Assembly (NCBI GenBank): GCA_963840455.1
Contig: CAWIYV010000001.1
Coordinates: 1-64,000, forward strand
Length of the DNA: 64,000 nt
Reading direction: 5' to 3'
Source: Nitrospirota bacterium
Lineage (GTDB): Bacteria; Nitrospirota; UBA9217
Shown: one piece after another, positions 57,201 to 64,000 of the stretch
How the letters are laid out: each line of letters opens with the position of its first letter
Numbering within the stretch: position 1 is the first letter of the stretch
Translations under genes and position numbers: made by a program
The notes under the pieces: model-generated
Database searches by the model: none
Told to the model about the DNA's origin: nothing
Seen by the model: only the letters and a program-made list of their open reading frames with translations

Positions 57201-57613
57201 GTAGCCGCCGTTCCCCAATTGACGGCACCGGTGTTGCTGGTGCAGGTCGCCGCCTGCGCAACAGATCCCCACGCACCCAGCCAGATCAGCATTACTGTCA
57301 CGATGCAAATTTTGAAAAATTTTCTTATTGCCCGTCTTGGCACGCTAGCCTGTCCGCTGTGGTCAACCGAACCATCCATTTTGTTCCATGAAAGTGGCAC
57401 TGTTCGCGACGCGGCAGACTTCTCTCTTCTTCTGCATTCCGGTATGAGTCGGGATAGTTCTTTGTCTTGCACGTTCACTTGGTCTTTATATTCCCTCATC
57501 GCGCCAACAACGTAGCGCATTGTGTACTGCCTCATCGATGACAGCATCCGTTCTCTCTTGTCATCTGAATTGACCATAATAAACACCCTCACAAATACAA
57601 AAAAACATGGCAT
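54233..57613 (-). CDS. Large Thr/Gly/Asn-rich adhesin-like protein with C-terminal DUF11, putative tip adhesin
   Basis: Signal ending AQA|A, beta-helix-like repeats (Y.NL..SGSG.KT), C-terminal VVKA...PGAVMLY...ITDPIP...FRVRIN*. The real start is probably downstream, e.g. 57379. Confidence 0.85.
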   Translation of the reverse strand: MPCFFVFVRVFIMVNSDDKRERMLSSMRQYTMRYVVGAMREYKDQVNVQDKELSRLIPECRRREKSAASRTVPLSWNKMDGSVDHSGQASVPRRAIRKFFKICIVTVMLIWLGAWGSVAQAATCTSNTGAVNWGTAATWSCGHVPAAGDSVIVPNGSTVTFNANTNTLASLQIDSGGTLAIAAGANSDIYLGGNLVNNGSVNFTVSGSTNAIYLAGNNVTSTFSGSGTWLLDRIDLNGGPGGACNGTCKVELSGSPNLQFYNATPFAANSGTNTFNALGNSTATITLALAGNQAITTAGMTYPNLVLSGSGTKTPAAGTLNILGNLSVGAGTTLTVGGLNTVVTGTTSVSGTLTHNNAAGTKTYTGNITINNGGTWNNSANENITMQGGLINNGTFTAGTGVYAFNTNSQSFGGTTITTIPNVTVTGVTLTNNGNLNVTTALAGTGTLANTGTLSIGFIGPPGINTLDASAIGNTVNYNRAGAQTVEPTSYYDLTLSNSGAKTMTGVTTINGDLTISGAATMTGNAGFTVAGALNYTSTGATTLTAATPISIGTFNQTAGTLIDNGNTITVTGTGAGTWTRSAGTFTPTGTVIFTGAAPQIGASNFNNLAINVGAGNAAALTGNATQVGNLSVSTGTLDLATFTANRTAAGGMITVANGTTLKIGGTNSFPTNYTTHTLGATSTVEYSGANQNIASEAAPGYGNLTVSGSGVKTAAGSFVVRGDLAITSVIFGSGASIQTVNGNVNNTGTHTATTGSITLSGGTAVHVLSGTGTYANLIMNDAFGATLSASPTVSGVLTLTNGIFTTGANVLEVGSSCATGIVRTGGFVVGNLSLHYPTNAGTTLCTFPIGDATNYTPVTVAMANVTSTLVNGVLIARTDTGDHGDTTANTSGIDAGKSVNRTWTLTQGASLAFATYDATFTFVNGDIDSGANTANFIVGRKSGGVWTYPTVGAKNPNNTTATGMSGFGVFAIGERAVPSILVVKAVSTFSDPYNNTTNPKSIPGAVMLYTVTVINSGPGSADSNSIVITDPIPANTSMYVDTGSGDPVTFTCSAVPPCGVTYNYATAVTYSSQIGGGPPYNYTPVSVGGYDSNVKGVRINPAGALNGTSGPPNPQFTIQFRVRIN

Positions 57614-57844
57614 TTAGTAACATAAGCTTCAAACATAATAAAATAATTAACTTCTTTTTTTTGAAGTCCAACAAATATTTTTAATACCTATGATACTGTA
57701 AATTATAATAAATCAAATATTATTTGTCAACACTATTTTTAATAGAATACTATATTATTTAAATATAATATTTCATAATAACAATAAGTTATAGGGTCGT
57801 ATGGTTTAATATGCGAAATGTGCTCTGGAAAGCGTTAGCCGGCA

Positions 57845-58117
57845 TCAAGCAACCCCAATGATTTCGGTCATCGTGAGGTTCACCTTGTTGTCAACTACGA
57901 ACGTTGCAGAGGGATCGGTGCTGATTGCCGGCTGCAACGCGTCGCCGATCGCCCAACCGGGAGAGGTGGCATTGGTCATGGGCTGGTATTGATCGCGGAT
58001 GTGACGACGCTGATGAAACACCATCCCAGCACCAGCAAGGACCAATGCGCGAAGACCCGGCAGAGAGGCAACAATACTCGCGCCGACATAGCGGCGAGCA
58101 CTAATGCATGATGCCAT
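57845..58117 (-). pseudogene. Degenerate fragment of a subunit-like gene
   Basis: SATFVVDNKVNLTMT resembles STATFTVGMRVNMTVT of the 367-aa subunit; it stops shortly afterwards. Confidence 0.45.
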
Positions 58118-58589
58118 TCTTCCACCTTAATCGGACAACGGAATGCACCGGGGAACGATGGCCGGGAAGCTAATGGCATTGTCCCAAATAAAAAACTAAA
58201 TGGTGCGCCTGCTGGAATGGCCCATTGTCCTTCGCTCGTTGGAAACCCGGTCAAAATTGACAATTACCTATTAAATCAAAATTTTAGGAAGGAGATATTA
58301 ATTTTAACAAGTATAGTTAATATGATATACATAGTCAATACAATAAATATCTTATTTTTACTTTATTTGGATATAAATTCACACACTATCTATATGTTCG
58401 TGGGTGGTTAATCGGAGTGGTTATGGCAGTGATATGATAAAAATAGTGGAGTTTCTGCGTCGTACAGACCGCAGCAATAAAAAGAGGCCTCGTTTTCCAG
58501 GCCCCGCAATTGTGCTTAAATTGTGCCTATTTCACTCGGAAGTGACTTGATTGTATCTGGCTGGAGCTAACTTGATTACTGGAATAAAA

Positions 58590-58891
58590 CTGAATGACCG
58601 ATAAAGAAACACGGCGACCTGCACGGGTTATCGAACTGGCCAGCAAGTATGGCCAATATGGTTACCAGATGATAACTGGATTGCTGAAGAACGAAAGATG
58701 GAGGGTCAACCACAAGCGAATAGAGCGGATTGATGTCAGGAAGGCCTCAAAGTATTGAAGAAACCGCCGTAGCGTGAAAAGCTGTGGCTAAATGATGGTT
58801 CTTGTATCAGGCTCCGTCCCGAGTATAAGGACCATGTGTGGAGCTATGATTTCGTGGCAGTGAGATTGTCTAATGGCCGACCGCTCCGTAT
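58590..58891 (+). mobile_element. IS3-family transposase OrfB remnant
   Basis: YGQYGYQMIT..L..E.WRVNHKRIERI and LWLNDGSCIRLRPEYKDHVWSYDFV, broken by a frameshift and a stop. Confidence 0.8.
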
Positions 58892-58918
58892 GTGTCAGCT
58901 TGTACGCTTGCTAGCATA

Positions 58919-59710
58919 TTAGCGCTTCATCATTCTAGCCAGGCTGTCGAACCAGGTCCTTTTCCCCGCTTCCAATTCCCTCGGCTGCTGTATGCGGACA
59001 GGCCTGTTCGCAACAATGGCCGCCGGTATGGTCTCGACCAGCTCCCGCGCCCGTTCATCGCCGATCAGCGCCGCGGCTGCCTTCACTCCCTCCGAAAGGA
59101 GCGGCCGCCGCACTGTCGCGGAATGGCCGTCGCTGGCCATGATGTGCGCCAGGTCTTTTTTGAGAAGATGGATGCTGAACTTCCTGGCGGCGTTTCCGAA
59201 GCCGCCAAGGAGGCTCATTGCCGTTATCTGCACCAGGGCGCCCATCTGTACAGCCTGTTCCACTGCCTTGGGGTGCCTGACGAACCAGTAGTTCCGCTCA
59301 GGATGGGTGATGACGGGCACCGTGCCGGCTGCGAGCAGCGACCGGAGAAAAGCGTCCCAGGACTGCGGCACATAGAAATGCGGGAACTCCAGTAGGAGAT
59401 AGCAACTGTTGTTGATGGACAGGAAGTTCTTCAGTCCCGGGTGTGTCGGAAGATCCGGGAAGATGGCAACATCAGCGCCCGGCACGATCGTAAGCGCGAT
59501 GTTTTCCTCTTGCAAAGCAACCTCGAGTTCAGCCACCCGTTCCCCGATCAATTCCCCGGTCCGGGGATACTGATCCGGATTAAAGTGCGGAGTCGCGACG
59601 ATGGTCGTGGTCCCGTCCCTGGCTGCCATGCGGCACATCTCAACGGACTCGCGGAGCGTTTCCGGACCGTCATCCATGCTGTGCAGGATATGGCAGTGGA
59701 GGTCGATCAT
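58919..59710 (-). CDS. PHP-family tyrosine-protein phosphatase (CpsB/CapC/YwqE type)
   Basis: Motifs MIDLHCHIL..MDDG, IVATPH, ITHPERN, ASDGHS...RRP. Confidence 0.92.
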   Translation of the reverse strand: MIDLHCHILHSMDDGPETLRESVEMCRMAARDGTTTIVATPHFNPDQYPRTGELIGERVAELEVALQEENIALTIVPGADVAIFPDLPTHPGLKNFLSINNSCYLLLEFPHFYVPQSWDAFLRSLLAAGTVPVITHPERNYWFVRHPKAVEQAVQMGALVQITAMSLLGGFGNAARKFSIHLLKKDLAHIMASDGHSATVRRPLLSEGVKAAAALIGDERARELVETIPAAIVANRPVRIQQPRELEAGKRTWFDSLARMMKR

Positions 59711-59755
59711 GCCGTTTCTTTACGCGCCTCCCCTTAGGGGCGGTTTTAGGAATAA

Positions 59756-59791
59756 TAAAAAAAGCCGTAACTCACGAAGAGCTACGGCTTT
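59756..59791 (-). terminator. Terminator after tRNA-Pro
   Basis: AAAGCCGTA...TACGGCTTT with a T-tract on the minus strand. Confidence 0.75.
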
Positions 59792-59797
59792 CACTAA

Positions 59798-59874
59798 TGG
59801 TCGGGGCGAGCCGATTTGAACGGCCGACCACTCGCACCCCAAGCGAGTACGCTACCAGGCTGCGCCACGCCCCG
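59798..59874 (-). tRNA. tRNA-Pro(GGG)
   Basis: CGGGGCG acceptor stem, anticodon arm CTCGC-TTGGGGT-GCGAG, T-loop TTCAAAT, ends in CCA; 77 nt. Confidence 0.97.
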
Positions 59875-59999
59875 ATAAACTCTGATCGAATTTGAACAAT
59901 TTTCGCGTACAATAACAATAAGGGAAAGGATCGGGGAACCGGTGAGCAGGCGATGCCGAAAACGCCATCTCCTCTCGCCCTCAGGCTTTCCCTGTCCCC

Positions 60000-60350
60000 C
60001 TATTTGAGCAGCTCCAATATCTCCCTGATCTCTTTTTTCGCCGTTTCGAGGACGGAATCCGTATCCTGCCGGCCTCTGCCTTTCAGCTTCTTCCGTGCGC
60101 CCGATATGGTATAACCGCTCTGGTACAGCAGCTTCTTGACCTGCAGGATATTGTCGAGGTCCTTCTTCGTGTAAAGCCGCTGGCCTGATTTCCTTTTTTC
60201 CGGCCGGAGGTGGGGGAACTCGGTCTCCCAGTACCGCAGCACGTACGGTTCCAAGTCCGTGATTCTGCTCACCTCCCCAATGCGGTAGAAGAGCTTACTC
60301 GGCTGCCGCTGCGGGGGTTGTTGATGCGGAGGCTGTAGACTCAATGACAT
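60000..60350 (-). CDS. MerR-family transcriptional regulator
   Basis: KLFYRIGEVSRITDLEPYVLRYWETEFP...GQRLY...GYTISGA; usual position after ihfA. Confidence 0.92.
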   Translation of the reverse strand: MSLSLQPPHQQPPQRQPSKLFYRIGEVSRITDLEPYVLRYWETEFPHLRPEKRKSGQRLYTKKDLDNILQVKKLLYQSGYTISGARKKLKGRGRQDTDSVLETAKKEIREILELLK

Positions 60351-60612
60351 GTTCCTTGAATATCATGCTCGGCCGGAAGCTCACGACACTGCGCGGTGTG
60401 ATCTCGATCTCCTGGCCCGTCTTGGGATTTCTCCCCTTCCGTGACCGTTTTTGTCTCACCACGAAGTTCCCGAACCCCGAGAGCTTCACAGTATCGCCCT
60501 GCTTCAGCGTCTGCTTGATCGTATCAAGGATCATCTCGACCAGTTCTTCGGCATCCTGCTTCGGCAGGCCCACTTTGTCAAATACGTCTGAGATGATATC
60601 TGCCTTGGTCAT
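60295..60612 (-). CDS. ihfA: Integration host factor alpha subunit
   Basis: MTKADI...VKLSGFGNF...RKGRNPKTG.EIEITPRSVVSFRPS. Confidence 0.93.
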   Translation of the reverse strand: MTKADIISDVFDKVGLPKQDAEELVEMILDTIKQTLKQGDTVKLSGFGNFVVRQKRSRKGRNPKTGQEIEITPRSVVSFRPSMIFKEHVIESTASASTTPAAAAE

Positions 60613-60787
60613 TCCGCACCTCCCGAACGTGCGATACTATAGTGGATAACTGTTTCAAAGTCAAGGGTAATTTGCGCTGCCCCGGGGCGCCGGCATCTAT
60701 TGGCGGCGAAGATTTGTCTTGCCTCGGCTGACGAATTATTATAGTATTATGCGGTTTGGACAATCCTGCTGCACGGAGGGGAACACG

Positions 60788-61234
60788 ATGCCGGACCTGG
60801 TCACTGTATCAAGCATTGAAAATTTCGAAGATCTGAAGACCAAAATCAACTTGCTCTTTGAACAGGGCAAGTTCGCAGAGATCATCCAGGCCGTCGGAAT
60901 GCACTCGATCCTGATGGAACCGGAGCATATGATCGGCGACCAGGACCATCTCTACCACCTGGTGCTGAACCTGATCAAGAAGAAGATCAACAGGGAGGAT
61001 CCCAAGCGCTATTCCTCCTGGCTCATCGCCTTCCCTGCCCTTCTCAATCGGATCGTGGAAGAAAAACAGATCGTTACCGATGCCGCTTCGCTCTACGGGC
61101 TTGCTTCGCGCACCGATTCTTTCGGCCCCTTCTCATCCCTCGATGAGTTCTACTTCTGGGCCCTTGACGACCGGCGGCTGACCCTTGACCAGATCGTCAA
61201 ATACATCGAGAAGACCGTGGAGATGTATAGATAG
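60788..61234 (+). CDS. Hypothetical protein
   Basis: GGAGG RBS and host-like codon usage; no family recognised. Confidence 0.75.
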   Translation: MPDLVTVSSIENFEDLKTKINLLFEQGKFAEIIQAVGMHSILMEPEHMIGDQDHLYHLVLNLIKKKINREDPKRYSSWLIAFPALLNRIVEEKQIVTDAASLYGLASRTDSFGPFSSLDEFYFWALDDRRLTLDQIVKYIEKTVEMYR

Positions 61235-61387
61235 GTCGAAAAAGACAGTTCACGGTTCAACGTTAAAGATTCAAGATCAACTTGGTAGCCTGCCCGATTG
61301 AAAGCGTGCAAGCTCGTTAGTTTGTTCATCTGTCAGCCTGCCCCATTGCTCCCGGTTAACGTGTCTGCCAGTCCGTTGCCTCTCCCC

Positions 61388-62413
61388 TCATAGATGCACC
61401 TGCGCCATCACGTCCTCGACCGAGATCGCCCCCATGCACCGCATCCCTTTATCGCATTCGCGCCGGAAACAGGGCGAACAGGAGATGCCCGTACGCACCA
61501 CCACGTGGCCAGGCCCATACGGACCCGTCCGCCAGGGCGCCGTGGGCCCGAAAAGTGCCAACACCCTGCCGCCGGCAGCCGCCGCAAGGTGCATGGGCCC
61601 CGTGTCCGTGGTGATGAAGAGGTCCGCCAGCGCGGCCAGCGCAGCCAGTTCCCTGAGCGTCGTGTCCCCGGCCCAGTCCGTTGCCTGCTGCCGCATCATT
61701 GCCCGGATCCGTTCTGTCACCGTCCGGTCACCCGGGCTCCCCGTCAACACGACGACCGCGTTCCGCTCGAGGACAAGGCGGTCGGCGAGTTGCGCGAACT
61801 TCTCCTCCTGCCACAGCTTGGTCTTCCACCGGGCCACGGGATTGATGACAACGACCTTCCGTCCCTCTGAAGCGAGGCCCCGCAAACGCAACCGCATGGC
61901 TGCGAGCTCGCGACCAATGGGCAGCGTACAGACCGGCGAAGGGTCAACGGCGCCCAGGTAGCGGGCAACGTCCAGATAGCGCTCCAGCGCGTGCTTCTCG
62001 ATATCGTAGGCAGGAAGGCGTTCGTTCAGAAAGAGGTGGGACAGTTCCCGCGTTCCGGCAAAGCCGATCTTGCGCTTTGCGCGTGCTAGGCCGATGACGA
62101 TGCCGCTCTTGACCAATCCCTGGAGGTCGACGGCGATATCATACCGGCTGCTGCGCAGTTCGCCGATGAACCCGATGATGCCCTTGAGCCCGCGCAGGAT
62201 GGTTGACGGCCGCCGGAGCATGCGCATCCACTCTTTCCTCTGTGATACCAGCAGCGTGTGGATCAGCGGATGCCCCTCAAGGATGTCCGACGCCGCCTCC
62301 TCGACGGCCCAGTCTATGTCGCTCTGGGGATAGGTCCTCTTGATGGCCTCGAGCGCCGGCAGTGCCTGGACCACGTCGCCGATGGCAGACAGTTTGACGA
62401 TGAGTATCCGCAT
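61388..62413 (-). CDS. LPS heptosyltransferase (GT9, WaaC/WaaF type)
   Basis: Motifs ILIVKLSAIGDVV, DLQGLVKS, W.TKLW, TDTGPMHLAAA, LFGPT. Confidence 0.92.
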   Translation of the reverse strand: MRILIVKLSAIGDVVQALPALEAIKRTYPQSDIDWAVEEAASDILEGHPLIHTLLVSQRKEWMRMLRRPSTILRGLKGIIGFIGELRSSRYDIAVDLQGLVKSGIVIGLARAKRKIGFAGTRELSHLFLNERLPAYDIEKHALERYLDVARYLGAVDPSPVCTLPIGRELAAMRLRLRGLASEGRKVVVINPVARWKTKLWQEEKFAQLADRLVLERNAVVVLTGSPGDRTVTERIRAMMRQQATDWAGDTTLRELAALAALADLFITTDTGPMHLAAAAGGRVLALFGPTAPWRTGPYGPGHVVVRTGISCSPCFRRECDKGMRCMGAISVEDVMAQVHL

Positions 62414-62652
62414 GATTCGTGAGAGCAATCATAATCCATCGGCCCGGTCCCGTCAACCCCGAAGAAAGAGCGGGACCTGGATACTCTTACCCTTGCACTG
62501 CAGTGCCCGGGAACACGACTTCCTTATTGTCTGTTATGACCTTTCTCCTTGCATTTTGGTCTGCTTTTGCTACAATTTTTTCAGAACCCCTTCTCTGAAT
62601 GATACAGGTCTGTTCTATGGTCTGCGTTCCATTGACCGAAGGAGGATACGGC

Positions 62653-63192
62653 ATGGCGATGAAGAAGAGCTCCAGTACCAAGACATCGGTCCGAAAACCG
62701 GCAAGGAAGAAAGTCGCAGGAAAGAAGACCGCGAAGACGAAGGCTGTCGCGAAAAGGCCGGCAGGAAAGAAGGCAGCAAAAAAAAGCGCTGCTGGGAGGT
62801 CGGCCAGAAAGGTCGCGCCAAAAAAGAGGGCGTCAAGGAAGACCAAGCCTGCGTCGGACAGGGTCCCTTCCAAGGCGCCAGCCATAGTGCAACCGGGACC
62901 GCCGCCGGGCAGCGTTCCCCCCGTGGAAGAGCCGTCCCTTCTCGAGGAGGCCATCGGCATCGTGACCCACTATTACAGCCATCTCGGCGTTGCGGTGGTC
63001 CAGGTGAACAAAGGGTCCCTGAAGACAGGCGATAGGATCCATATCAGGGGCCACTCCACGGACTTCACGCAGACGGTAGCGTCCATGGAGTACGAGCACC
63101 AGCATGTTGACCAGGCCAGCGCGGGTCAGAGCGTCGGCCTCAAGATTGCCGACCACGTGCGGGAACACGACATCGTGTACCTGGTGAAATAA
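62653..63192 (+). CDS. Lys/Ala-rich tail fused to a translation-factor-like beta-barrel domain
   Basis: About 65 aa of K/A/R-rich sequence, a Pro linker, then IGIVTHYYSHLGVAVV...LKTGDRIHIRGHSTDFTQTV.SM...GLK. Confidence 0.8.
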   Translation: MAMKKSSSTKTSVRKPARKKVAGKKTAKTKAVAKRPAGKKAAKKSAAGRSARKVAPKKRASRKTKPASDRVPSKAPAIVQPGPPPGSVPPVEEPSLLEEAIGIVTHYYSHLGVAVVQVNKGSLKTGDRIHIRGHSTDFTQTVASMEYEHQHVDQASAGQSVGLKIADHVREHDIVYLVK

Positions 63193-63332
63193 CAGCGTGG
63201 ATGTACGCGGCAATCGCAGTGCGCCAGATCAAAGCCGGTCCTCTGGCCATGTTCTTTGACCGGAGCAGGATCTCGTAATACTGCCAGCGGACCATGGGAC
63301 CGTGCGGCAGCGGAGCACCCCGAGGAGCCCCT

Positions 63333-64000
63333 ATCCCAACCGTTCACGGCAACATAACCGGCCTCAAACCGGCCGAGACCAGGACGCTCGAGCGGCTCTA
63401 CCGCAGGAAGATGCCGCCCGATGCGGTCATCACTCCCGAGGCAGCTCGCGCCCTGACCGAGGCATCGGCGGAGATCGGCAGGCAGGTGGGCCTTATCATC
63501 GACCGTTCCGGCAGCGTACGAGACGTCCTGGTCGGCACGAACCACGATATCCTCATTCCCGACCTCTCTGAGCACCGGCTCGGCGCCAAACGCCTCCGGG
63601 GCGTCCGGTTCATCCACACCCATCTCAAGGAACAACCCCTGAACCAGGAAGACCTTACCGACCTGGCGCTCCTCCGGCTTGATCTGATCGCCGCCCTTGT
63701 GGCCCGGCAGGACGGACTGCCCGGAAACATCTCCATCGCCCATCTTCTGCCGCCCAATCCGGAAGAGAAGCTCTACGAGGTCCTGCCGCCCCGGTCCGTG
63801 CATGGTCTGACCCTCGACGCCCTGGACCTCATCTCGACGCTGGAACGCGAGATGGAGCGGCTCCAAAGGGCCGTGGAGGTCGTCAGGAAAGACCGCGCCA
63901 TCCTCGTGAGCGTGTCCAAGGCTGCCAGGACGGAGCAGGAAGAGTCCATCGAAGAATTGAAGGAGCTCGCCCGGTCCGACAGCATCCATGTCCTTGACAC
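63333..64000 (+). CDS. hflX: GTPase HflX, 5' part (runs off the window)
   Basis: Manual translation gives GNITGLKP.E.R.LERLYRR, IGRQVGLIIDRSG, RLRGVRFIHTH, DLTDLALLRLD, SIEELKELA, the long-form HflX N-terminus. Confidence 0.88.
   Translation, partial: MPTVHGNITGLKPAETRTLERLYRRKMPPDAVITPEAARALTEASAEIGRQVGLIIDRSGSVRDVLVGTNHDILIPDLSEHRLGAKRLRGVRFIHTHLKEQPLNQEDLTDLALLRLDLIAALVARQDGLPGNISIAHLLPPNPEEKLYEVLPPRSVHGLTLDALDLISTLEREMERLQRAVEVVRKDRAILVSVSKAARTEQEESIEELKELARSDSIHVLD

Noticed and set aside
45207-57613. Classical chaperone-usher, sortase-dependent or type V pilus assignment
   Set aside because: No recognisable PapD/PapC motifs, no LPxTG or sortase, and no lipobox on the subunits.
57614-58590. 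c-di-GMP riboswitch or sigma54 promoter for the DUF11 cluster
   Set aside because: No GGCAAAC/GACGCAAAG motif and no correctly spaced TGGCAC-N5-TTGC found by eye; an Infernal/Rfam scan would be decisive.

Overview
GC-rich bacterial chromosome segment, mostly transcribed on the minus strand. Gene content and order (aroE-pilBTCSR, rnfCDGEAB, ihfA-merR-tRNA-Pro, surE-pcm, UbiD-family decarboxylase) suggest an anaerobic diderm such as Nitrospirota or Desulfobacterota; this is inference, no search was run. The housekeeping backbone includes purC, polA, tamB, glnD, mazG, lpdA, gcvH, the Rnf complex, crcB, surE, pcm, ihfA and hflX. Three accessory regions: (1) 1-2.6 kb, type I restriction-modification genes with a heavily frameshifted hsdM; (2) 17.8-21.7 kb, a decayed island with a tRNA-Thr 3' att fragment, integrase and IS30 remnants and an ankyrin protein; (3) 44.6-59.7 kb, between surE and tRNA-Pro, a five-gene secreted DUF11 cluster. 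The main finding is region 3. Its DUF11 domains appear split: C-terminal halves carry Lys and Asp but lack the last strands, and N-termini carry those strands with Asn. This predicts a donor-strand-complemented, possibly isopeptide-crosslinked filament with a tip adhesin, subunits, a chaperone-like protein and an OmpA/beta-barrel anchor. The second finding is a palindromic ~113-bp IS200/IS605-like miniature element. It forms a 4-unit tandem array wedged between the -10 box and start codon of the UbiD gene, and has a dispersed copy at 28.7 kb. Several single-base frameshifts may be assembly errors. All calls come from motif recognition by eye.
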